This document shows positions 23,490 to 32,000 of a DNA stretch of 32,000 nt, piece after piece. Location: assembly GCF_001457615.1 (NCBI RefSeq), contig NZ_LN831024.1:300001-332000 (forward strand), in the 5' to 3' direction. This DNA is from Pseudomonas aeruginosa (GTDB lineage: Bacteria; Pseudomonadota; Gammaproteobacteria; Pseudomonadales; Pseudomonadaceae). A program made the translations under genes and the position numbers. Position 1 is the stretch's first letter, and each line of letters starts with the position of its first letter. The notes beneath the pieces were generated by a model that worked only from the letters and a program-made list of their open reading frames with translations, had not been told where the DNA came from and ran no database searches.

Positions 23490-24866
23490 TCAGACGGTAT
23501 GCAGGTACCAGTTGTACTCGAGGTCGGAGATCGAGTGCTCGAACTCCTCCAGCTCGCTTTCCTTGCAGGCGACGAAGATGTCGATGTACTTCGGGTCGAT
23601 GTACTTCGCCATGATCTCGCTTTCGTCCAGCTCGCGCAGGGCGTCGCGCAGGTTGTTCGGCAGGCTCGGCTCCATCTGCTCGTAGGAGTTGCCTTCGATC
23701 GGCGCGCCCGGCTCGACCTTGTTGGTCAGCCCGTGATGAACGCCTGCCAGCACCGCTGCCAGTAGCAGGTAGGGGTTGGCGTCGGCGCCGGCCACGCGGT
23801 GTTCCAGGCGTACCGCGTCCGGGCTGCCGGTGGGCACGCGCAGGGCCACGGTGCGGTTGTCCAGGCCCCAGCTCGGCGCGTTCGGCACGTAGAACTGCGA
23901 ACCGAAGCGGCGGTAGGAGTTGACGTTCGGGCAGAGGAAGGCCATGGAGGCCGGCAGGGTCTCGAGCACACCGCCGATCGCATGGCGCAATGCGGCGTTC
24001 TGCTCGGGATCCTCGCTGGTGAAGATGTTGTTGCCATGCTTGTCGAGCAGCGAGATATGCACGTGCAGTCCGTTCCCGGCCTGGCCCGGATAGGGCTTGG
24101 CCATGAAGGTGGTGTCCATCTCGTGGTCGTAGGCGATGTTCTTGACCAGGCGCTTGAGCAGCACCGCGTGGTCGCAGGCCTTGAGGGCGTCGTTGACGTG
24201 GTTGAGGTTGACCTCGAACTGCGCCGGTGCGGATTCGGCGACGATGGCGTCGGCCGGGATGCCCTGGGCGCGGGCGCCGTCGATGATGTCCTGGAGGCAC
24301 TCGACGTATTCGTCGAGGTCGTCGATGGAGTACACCTGCACCGACTGCGGACGCTTGCCGGAGATCGGCGAGCGAGGCGGTTGCGGCCGGCCGTTCACGT
24401 TCTCCTGGTCGATCAGGTAGAACTCCAGCTCGAAGGCGGCGACGATGGTCAGTTCCATCTCGGTGAACCTGGCCACCACCTGGCGCAGGACTTCGCGGGG
24501 GTCGGCGAAGAACGGCTCGCCTTCCAGTTCGTGCATGGTCATCAGCAGTTGCGCGGTCGGGCGCTTCTGCCAGGGTTCCATGGAGAGGGTGCCGGGGATC
24601 GGGTAGCAGATCCGGTCGGCGTCGCCGATGTCGAGACCCAGGCCGGTACTCTCTACGGTGGAGCCGGTGATATCGAGGGCGAACAGGGAAGCGGGGAGAT
24701 TGATACCTTTTTCGAAGACTTTGTTCAGACTGTTGCGTTCGATCCGCTTGCCGCGAACCACGCCATTCATGTCTGCAATAAGGAGGTCGACGAACTGGAC
24801 CTCGGGATGTTCCTTGAGGAACTCGCTCGGTTCAGTGAGCTGAACGGCACGCTGGGGTACCGACAT
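23490..24866 (-). CDS. spuI: Glutamine-synthetase-like gamma-glutamylpolyamine synthetase
   Basis: 458 aa. GS beta-grasp plus catalytic domain (EFYLIDQ, NGLHVHISL, NSYRRF, NRTVALRVP, LEHRVAGADANPYL). Divergent from spuA. Confidence 0.95.
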   Translation of the reverse strand: MSVPQRAVQLTEPSEFLKEHPEVQFVDLLIADMNGVVRGKRIERNSLNKVFEKGINLPASLFALDITGSTVESTGLGLDIGDADRICYPIPGTLSMEPWQKRPTAQLLMTMHELEGEPFFADPREVLRQVVARFTEMELTIVAAFELEFYLIDQENVNGRPQPPRSPISGKRPQSVQVYSIDDLDEYVECLQDIIDGARAQGIPADAIVAESAPAQFEVNLNHVNDALKACDHAVLLKRLVKNIAYDHEMDTTFMAKPYPGQAGNGLHVHISLLDKHGNNIFTSEDPEQNAALRHAIGGVLETLPASMAFLCPNVNSYRRFGSQFYVPNAPSWGLDNRTVALRVPTGSPDAVRLEHRVAGADANPYLLLAAVLAGVHHGLTNKVEPGAPIEGNSYEQMEPSLPNNLRDALRELDESEIMAKYIDPKYIDIFVACKESELEEFEHSISDLEYNWYLHTV

Positions 24867-25054
24867 GATGCAACACCTTTTTTGTTAAAAATTTCAATCA
24901 TGCGGGGGGTAGGCTATGAGTCAATCCGAAAGCCTGTGGGATGTCAATAGCCGCCAAAAACGCCCTCTTGTGGGGCGTTGAGGCCGTTTTCAGGGCATTT
25001 TCGCCGGACGAAAAGCCGAAAAAAACCTCGCGTCGAAGGGTGTTCAGGAGTGCG

Positions 25055-25095
25055 TGTTCAATTTTTTACAGGCCTATTGTGTAAAAAAATGAACA
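25055..25095. promoter_or_regulatory. 41-bp near-perfect palindrome upstream of spuA (candidate operator)
   Basis: Read directly: TGTTCAATTTTTTACA-ggcctattg-TGTAAAAAAATGAACA, 16-bp arms with one mismatch, centre ~70 nt upstream of the spuA ATG. An extra direct copy of GTGTTCA lies at 25040-25046. Confidence 0.55.
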
Positions 25096-25144
25096 ACGCT
25101 AAGCTCGGCCAAACCCCATAACATCTACAAACAACGGGTGTCTC

Positions 25145-25897
25145 ATGTCTCGCCTGCCGTTAATCGGCGTCACCGCCTGCACCAAGCAGATCGGTCTTCA
25201 TCCCTACCACATTGCCGGCGACAAATATCTGCGTGCCGTCGTCAACGGCGCTGGCGGTCTCCCGCTGATCATTCCTGCGCTGGGCGAGTCGATCGACCAG
25301 GCAGCCCTGCTGGACAGCGTCGACGGCTTGCTCTTCACTGGCTCGCCGTCGAACGTCGAGCCCCGTCATTATAGTGGACCGGCGAGCGAGCCCGGCACCC
25401 TCCACGACTCCGACCGCGACGCCACCACGTTGCCGCTGGTCCGCGCCGCCATCGACGCCGGCATTCCGGTCCTCGGCATCTGCCGCGGTTTCCAGGAAAT
25501 GAACGTGGCTTTCGGCGGCAGCCTGCACCAGAAGGTGCACGAGGTCGGAACCTTCATGGACCACCGCGAGCCGGCCGACCAGCCGCTCGAGGTTCAGTAC
25601 GCGCCGCGCCATGCCATGCATGTGCAGCCGGGCGGAGTGCTCGCCGGTATCGGCTTGCCGAGCGAGTTCCAGGTCAATTCCATCCATGGCCAGGGCGTTG
25701 ATCGTCTGGCGCCGGGCCTTCGAGTAGAAGCACTGGCGCCTGACGGGTTGGTCGAAGCCATCTCCGTAGAAGGTGCAAAAGCCTTCGCTCTTGGTGTGCA
25801 ATGGCACCCGGAGTGGCAGGTTCTGACGAACCCCAACTATCTCGCTATCTTCCAGGCTTTCGGTAAGGCCTGCAGCAAGAGGGCGGGGCAACGTTGA
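25145..25897 (+). CDS. spuA: Gamma-glutamyl-GABA hydrolase type class-I glutamine amidotransferase (peptidase C26)
   Basis: 250 aa. Nucleophile elbow GICRGFQEMNV and His context QWHPEW, PuuD-like. Confidence 0.94.
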   Translation: MSRLPLIGVTACTKQIGLHPYHIAGDKYLRAVVNGAGGLPLIIPALGESIDQAALLDSVDGLLFTGSPSNVEPRHYSGPASEPGTLHDSDRDATTLPLVRAAIDAGIPVLGICRGFQEMNVAFGGSLHQKVHEVGTFMDHREPADQPLEVQYAPRHAMHVQPGGVLAGIGLPSEFQVNSIHGQGVDRLAPGLRVEALAPDGLVEAISVEGAKAFALGVQWHPEWQVLTNPNYLAIFQAFGKACSKRAGQR

Positions 25898-25920
25898 GTC
25901 CGGCTGTTGGGGCCGGACTC
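25896..25920 (+). other. Intercistronic hairpin overlapping the spuA stop codon
   Basis: gagtccggc (25896-25904) pairs with gccggactc (25912-25920), a 9-bp stem with a 7-nt loop and no U-tract. It is probably an mRNA structural element rather than a terminator. Confidence 0.4.
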
Positions 25921-25937
25921 TCAACCCTGAGGTCTTT

Positions 25938-27296
25938 ATGACTACCAAGTTAGACCAGCTGACCAGCTGGCTGAAGGAACGCAAGATCACCGAAGTGGAA
26001 TGCCTGATTTCCGATCTGACAGGCATCGCCCGCGGCAAGATCTCGCCGACCAACAAATTCATCGCGGAAAAGGGCATGCGCCTGCCGGAGAGCGTTCTGC
26101 TGCAGACCGTCACCGGCGACTACGTGGAAGACGACATTTACTACGACCTGCTCGACCCGGCCGACATCGATATGGTCTGCCGCCCGGACGAGAATGCCGT
26201 GTTCCTCGTCCCCTGGGCCATCGAGCCCACCGCGATGGTGATCCACGACACCTTCGACAAGCTCGGCAATCCCATCGAGCTGTCGCCGCGCAACATCCTC
26301 AAGCGCGTGTTGAAGATGTATGCCGACAAGGGCTGGCGGCCGATCGTGGCGCCAGAGATGGAGTTCTACCTGACCAAGCGCAGCGACGACCCCGACTATC
26401 CGTTGCAGGCCCCGGTGGGCCGCTCCGGACGCCAGGAAACCGGGCGTCAGTCGTTCTCCATCGACGCCGCCAACGAGTTCGACCCGCTGTTCGAGGACAT
26501 GTACGACTGGTGCGAGGCCCAGGGCCTTGACCTGGATACGCTGATCCACGAGGAAGGCACCGCGCAGATGGAGATCAACTTCCGTCATGGCGACGCCCTC
26601 GACCTGGCCGACCAGATCCTGGTGTTCAAGCGCACCATGCGCGAGGCCGCGCTCAAGCACAACGTCGCCGCGACCTTCATGGCCAAGCCGATGACCGGCG
26701 AGCCGGGCAGCGCGATGCACCTGCACCAGAGCATCGTCGACGTGAAGACCGGCAAGAACATCTTCTCCAATGCCGACGGCACCATGAGCGAGCTGTTCCT
26801 GCACCATATCGGCGGCCTGCAGAAGTTCATCCCGGAAGTGCTGCCGCTGTTCGCGCCCAACGTGAACTCGTTCCGCCGCTTCCTGCCCGATACCTCGGCG
26901 CCGGTGAACGTCGAGTGGGGCGAAGAGAACCGTACCGTCGGCCTGCGCGTGCCGGACTCCAGCCCGGAGAACCGCCGGGTCGAGAACCGTCTCGCCGGCG
27001 CCGACGCCAACCCTTACCTGGCGCTGGCTGCCAGCCTGCTGTGCGGCTACATCGGCATGGTCGAAGGCATCAAGCCGAGCGCCCAGGTCAAAGGTCGCGG
27101 CTATGAACGCCGCAACCTGCGCCTGCCGCTGACGATCGAAGCGGCGCTGGAGCGCATGGAGAACTGCAAGCCCCTCGAGCAGTATCTCGGCAGCAAGTTC
27201 ATCAGCGGCTACGTCGCGGTGAAGCGTGCGGAGCACGAGAATTTCAAGCGGGTAATCAGCTCCTGGGAGCGGGAATTCCTCCTGCTTTCCGTTTGA
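25938..27296 (+). CDS. spuB: Glutamine-synthetase-like gamma-glutamylpolyamine synthetase
   Basis: 452 aa, GAGG 5 nt upstream of the ATG. Paralogue of spuI (EFYLTKR, GSAMHLHQSI, NSFRRF, NRTVGLRVP, VENRLAGADANPYL). Confidence 0.95.
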   Translation: MTTKLDQLTSWLKERKITEVECLISDLTGIARGKISPTNKFIAEKGMRLPESVLLQTVTGDYVEDDIYYDLLDPADIDMVCRPDENAVFLVPWAIEPTAMVIHDTFDKLGNPIELSPRNILKRVLKMYADKGWRPIVAPEMEFYLTKRSDDPDYPLQAPVGRSGRQETGRQSFSIDAANEFDPLFEDMYDWCEAQGLDLDTLIHEEGTAQMEINFRHGDALDLADQILVFKRTMREAALKHNVAATFMAKPMTGEPGSAMHLHQSIVDVKTGKNIFSNADGTMSELFLHHIGGLQKFIPEVLPLFAPNVNSFRRFLPDTSAPVNVEWGEENRTVGLRVPDSSPENRRVENRLAGADANPYLALAASLLCGYIGMVEGIKPSAQVKGRGYERRNLRLPLTIEAALERMENCKPLEQYLGSKFISGYVAVKRAEHENFKRVISSWEREFLLLSV

Positions 27297-27361
27297 TCCT
27301 GACCGGGGGCGGCCGGCGTGGTCCGCCGCTCCCGGACAGTCTTGAATAGAAGAGGTGTGAC

Positions 27362-28732
27362 ATGAACAGCCAAATCACCAACGCCAAGACCCGTGAGTGG
27401 CAGGCGTTGAGCCGCGACCACCATCTGCCGCCGTTCACCGACTACAAGCAGTTGAACGAGAAGGGCGCGCGGATCATCACCAAGGCCGAAGGCGTCTATA
27501 TCTGGGACAGCGAGGGCAACAAGATCCTCGATGCGATGGCCGGCCTCTGGTGCGTCAACGTCGGCTACGGCCGCGAGGAGCTGGTCCAGGCCGCCACCCG
27601 GCAGATGCGCGAGTTGCCGTTCTACAACCTGTTCTTCCAGACCGCCCACCCGCCGGTGGTCGAGCTGGCCAAGGCGATCGCCGACGTCGCTCCGGAAGGC
27701 ATGAACCACGTGTTCTTCACCGGCTCCGGCTCCGAGGCCAACGACACCGTGCTGCGTATGGTCCGCCACTATTGGGCGACCAAGGGCCAGCCGCAGAAGA
27801 AAGTGGTGATCGGCCGCTGGAACGGCTACCACGGCTCCACCGTCGCCGGCGTCAGCCTGGGCGGCATGAAGGCGTTGCATGAGCAGGGTGATTTCCCCAT
27901 CCCGGGCATCGTCCACATCGCCCAGCCCTACTGGTACGGCGAGGGCGGCGACATGTCGCCGGACGAGTTCGGCGTCTGGGCCGCCGAGCAGCTGGAGAAG
28001 AAGATTCTCGAAGTGGGCGAGGAAAACGTCGCCGCCTTCATCGCCGAGCCGATCCAGGGCGCCGGCGGCGTGATCGTCCCGCCGGACACCTACTGGCCGA
28101 AGATCCGCGAGATCCTCGCCAAGTACGACATCCTGTTCATCGCCGACGAAGTGATCTGCGGCTTCGGCCGTACCGGCGAGTGGTTCGGCAGCCAGTACTA
28201 CGGCAACGCCCCGGACCTGATGCCGATCGCCAAGGGCCTCACCTCCGGCTACATCCCCATGGGCGGGGTGGTGGTGCGCGACGAGATCGTCGAAGTGCTC
28301 AACCAGGGCGGCGAGTTCTACCACGGCTTCACCTATTCCGGTCACCCGGTGGCGGCCGCCGTGGCCCTGGAGAACATCCGCATCCTGCGCGAAGAGAAGA
28401 TCATCGAGAAGGTGAAGGCGGAAACGGCACCGTATTTGCAGAAACGCTGGCAGGAGCTGGCCGACCACCCGTTGGTGGGCGAAGCGCGCGGGGTCGGCAT
28501 GGTCGCCGCCCTGGAGCTGGTCAAGAACAAGAAGACCCGCGAGCGTTTCACCGACAAGGGCGTCGGGATGCTGTGCCGGGAACATTGTTTCCGCAACGGT
28601 TTGATCATGCGCGCGGTGGGCGACACTATGATTATCTCGCCGCCGCTGGTGATCGATCCGTCGCAGATCGATGAGTTGATCACCCTGGCGCGCAAGTGCC
28701 TCGATCAGACCGCCGCCGCCGTCCTGGCTTGA
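27362..28732 (+). CDS. spuC: Class-III PLP-dependent polyamine:pyruvate aminotransferase
   Basis: 456 aa. Motifs FFTGSGSEANDT, FIADEVICGFGRTGEWFG and the PLP-lysine context PIAKGLTSGY. Confidence 0.95.
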   Translation: MNSQITNAKTREWQALSRDHHLPPFTDYKQLNEKGARIITKAEGVYIWDSEGNKILDAMAGLWCVNVGYGREELVQAATRQMRELPFYNLFFQTAHPPVVELAKAIADVAPEGMNHVFFTGSGSEANDTVLRMVRHYWATKGQPQKKVVIGRWNGYHGSTVAGVSLGGMKALHEQGDFPIPGIVHIAQPYWYGEGGDMSPDEFGVWAAEQLEKKILEVGEENVAAFIAEPIQGAGGVIVPPDTYWPKIREILAKYDILFIADEVICGFGRTGEWFGSQYYGNAPDLMPIAKGLTSGYIPMGGVVVRDEIVEVLNQGGEFYHGFTYSGHPVAAAVALENIRILREEKIIEKVKAETAPYLQKRWQELADHPLVGEARGVGMVAALELVKNKKTRERFTDKGVGMLCREHCFRNGLIMRAVGDTMIISPPLVIDPSQIDELITLARKCLDQTAAAVLA

Positions 28733-28847
28733 GTCCCTGAGCGGACTTTTGCCAGACTGCGCCAGTGCGTTGGCCAGGCTCACCGGGTGGTGACGCGATC
28801 GGTTGCGCCACCGCCCGGATACTTCAACAAAAATGGAGCTACCCCGC

Positions 28848-29951
28848 ATGATGAAACGTTTCGGTAAGACCCTGCTCGCCCTGACCTTGGCGGGCTCTGT
28901 GGCCGGTATGGCGCAGGCTGCGGACAACAAGGTGCTGCACGTGTACAACTGGTCCGACTACATCGCGCCGGACACCCTGGAGAAGTTCACCAAGGAAACT
29001 GGGATCAAGGTCGTCTACGACGTCTACGACAGCAACGAAGTGCTGGAAGCCAAGTTGCTGGCGGGCAAGTCCGGGTACGACGTGGTGGTGCCGTCCAACT
29101 CCTTCCTCGCCAAGCAGATCAAGGCCGGGGTCTACCAGAAACTCGACAAGTCCAAGCTGCCGAACTGGAAGAACCTGAACAAGGACCTGATGCACACCCT
29201 GGAAGTCAGCGACCCGGGCAACGAGCATGCGATTCCCTACATGTGGGGCACCATCGGCATCGGCTACAACCCGGACAAGGTCAAGGCGGCCTTCGGCGAC
29301 AACGCGCCGGTGGATTCCTGGGACCTGGTATTCAAGCCGGAGAACATCCAGAAGCTGAAGCAGTGCGGCGTCAGCTTCCTCGACTCGCCGACCGAGATCC
29401 TCCCGGCGGCCCTGCATTATCTCGGCTACAAGCCGGACACCGACAATCCCAAGGAACTCAAGGCGGCCGAAGAGCTGTTCCTGAAGATCCGTCCCTACGT
29501 CACCTACTTCCACTCGTCGAAGTACATTTCCGACCTGGCCAACGGCAACATCTGCGTCGCCATCGGCTACTCCGGCGACATCTACCAGGCCAAGTCCCGC
29601 GCCGAAGAGGCGAAGAACAAGGTCACCGTCAAGTACAACATTCCCAAGGAAGGCGCCGGCAGCTTCTTCGACATGGTCGCCATTCCGAAGGACGCCGAGA
29701 ACACCGAGGGCGCCCTGGCCTTCGTCAACTTCCTGATGAAGCCGGAAATCATGGCCGAGATCACCGACGTGGTTCAGTTCCCCAACGGCAACGCGGCGGC
29801 CACCCCGCTGGTGTCCGAGGCGATCCGCAACGACCCGGGCATCTACCCGAGCGAAGAGGTCATGAAGAAGCTGTATACCTTCCCCGACCTGCCGGCCAAG
29901 ACCCAGCGGGCGATGACCCGCAGCTGGACCAAGATCAAGTCCGGCAAGTGA
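28848..29951 (+). CDS. spuD: Periplasmic putrescine-type binding protein (PotF family)
   Basis: The track start 28803 is TTG; ATG 28848 has TGGAG 9 nt upstream ([41 protein letters not shown]...), giving 367 aa with a signal peptide. Confidence 0.94.
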
Positions 29952-29958
29952 TCCGCGA

Positions 29959-30039
29959 GGAGCCCGGCGGCGCCTGAAGCCGCCGGCGCTCCGGCACGAG
30001 AGAACCGGAACGCGGCCGGGTTTCCTCCGGCCACGCTCC
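29959..30039 (+). other. Tandem GC-rich hairpins immediately after spuD
   Basis: Hairpin 1: ggagcccggcggc (29959-29971) pairs with gccgccgg-c-gctcc (29979-29992), 13 bp with one bulge. Hairpin 2: ggaacgcggccgg (30007-30019) pairs with ccggccacgctcc (30027-30039), 11 of 13 bp. Neither has a clear U-tract. Confidence 0.5.
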
Positions 30040-30345
30040 CCTGCGAAGAGGTTCGACTCTTTTGCCCGTTCGTCCAGACGCTTCCTCCTGGGGGCCCGAC
30101 GACCGGACGCAGTATCGACGACGAAGACGCTGCCATGGGCGCTGCGCCAATCTGCCGCGCCGGGGCCGGTCGTGTCGCTCGCACCGGGGCCGAGGGCCCG
30201 GAAAACCTGAAACCAACACGCCGGTAGGGAACCCAGCTCACTCATGTTTCCCGGCGGAATCGTCGGGTTGTCATGAAACCCGAGTGATCTGGGCTTACAT
30301 CGGCACTTGAAGAACACGGGTCGAACAGGCAGGGTGCTGCCGTGA

Positions 30346-31467
<1,122 letters not shown>

Positions 31468-31521
31468 GTTCAAATTCCGCCCGGTAGCGTGACCGGGCTC
31501 AACGACTTGGGAGTTGTGGTA

Positions 31522-32000
31522 ATGGCGATAGCCTCCGGTGCCTACAAGAAAGCCCTAGAGGGCAACCAGCAGCCGAAAGAGGTGCTGGTAAAGATCGACC
31601 GGGTAACCAAGCAGTTCGACGAGACGCTGGCGGTGGACACCGTGTCCCTGACCATCAACAAGGGCGAGATCTTCGCCCTGCTCGGCGGCTCCGGTTCGGG
31701 TAAATCCACCCTGTTGCGCATGCTCGCCGGTTTCGAGCGGCCCACCGAGGGGCGGATCTTCCTCGATGGCCAGGACATCACCGACCTGCCGCCCTACGAG
31801 CGGCCGATCAATATGATGTTCCAGTCCTATGCGCTGTTCCCGCACATGAGCGTGGCGCAGAACATCGCCTTCGGCCTCAAGCAGGACGGCCTGCCCAAGG
31901 CCGAGATCGACGAGCGCGTGGCCGAGATGCTCAAGCTGGTGCACATGACCCAGTACGCCAAGCGCAAGCCGCACCAGCTCTCCGGCGGCCAGCGCCAGCG
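31522..32000 (+). CDS. spuF: Polyamine ABC transporter ATP-binding protein (PotA/PotG-like), 3'-truncated by the window edge
   Basis: Absent from the ORF track because there is no stop in the window. ATG 31522 with GGGAG 8 nt upstream. My translation is MAIASGAYKKALEGNQQPKEVLVKIDRVTKQFDETLAVDTVSLTINKGEIFALLGGSGSGKSTLLRMLAGFE...QLSGGQRQR (Walker A and ABC signature). Confidence 0.9.
   Translation, partial: MAIASGAYKKALEGNQQPKEVLVKIDRVTKQFDETLAVDTVSLTINKGEIFALLGGSGSGKSTLLRMLAGFERPTEGRIFLDGQDITDLPPYERPINMMFQSYALFPHMSVAQNIAFGLKQDGLPKAEIDERVAEMLKLVHMTQYAKRKPHQLSGGQRQ

Noticed and set aside
30062-30310. 82-aa (+) ORF and antisense ORFs (29843..30241, 29935..30219) in the spuD-spuE spacer, considered as a missed small gene or decayed pseudogene
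   Set aside because: The start is not ATG-supported, there is no SD, and the translations are Arg-rich with no similarity to the flanking PotF-like proteins that I can see. The region is treated as non-coding RNA or regulatory sequence pending experimental data.

Overview
High-GC (roughly two-thirds G+C by eye, strong G/C third-codon bias) Pseudomonas-type core chromosome. Gene order and protein sequences match what I remember of Pseudomonas aeruginosa PAO1 PA0274-PA0302; this is recognition from memory, no search was run. Left to right: an edge-truncated exported protein; a Crp/Fnr-type regulator divergent from a DUF962/Mpo1-like membrane protein; an M48 lipoprotein protease; a TauE/SafE permease divergent from an unusually long ArsR-type regulator; the sulfate ABC importer operon on the minus strand (DUF2292 small protein, sbp, cysT, cysW, cysA); a membrane PAS-GGDEF-EAL protein; desA; gpuP-gpuA-gpuR (3-guanidinopropionate uptake, hydrolysis, LysR regulator); a PAS-GGDEF cyclase; porin oprE behind a 612-bp non-coding region with a consensus sigma54 promoter; an orphan PotF-like binding protein followed by aguR-aguB-aguA (agmatine deiminase pathway); and the divergent spuI / spuABCDEF polyamine cluster, with spuF cut by the right edge. 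I support 29 protein genes, two of which are edge-truncated and absent from the ORF track. I see no rRNA, tRNA, CRISPR, IS element, integrase, phage or recognisable defence gene, and no convincing new multi-gene system; the window looks like ordinary, largely characterised core genome. The items most worth a second look are smaller. (1) An array of six phased ATCSGAT half-sites fills the aguB promoter spacer and is also written into the last nine codons of aguR. (2) The ArsR-type regulator has a Cys-initiated internally duplicated C-terminal domain and is paired with a TauE exporter next to the sulfate importer. (3) The C-terminal helical tail of DesA resembles a segment of ISL3 transposases. 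(4) Two unusually long, highly structured intra-operon spacers lie between sbp-cysT and spuD-spuE. (5) The sulfate operon has a DUF2292 first gene, an AT-rich dyad upstream and a possible Cys-codon mini-ORF. (6) The oprE upstream region combines a sigma54 promoter with an AT-rich islet. Several ORF-track N-termini use TTG/GTG and were trimmed to ATG starts with Shine-Dalgarno support. Long antisense ORFs are treated as high-GC artefacts.
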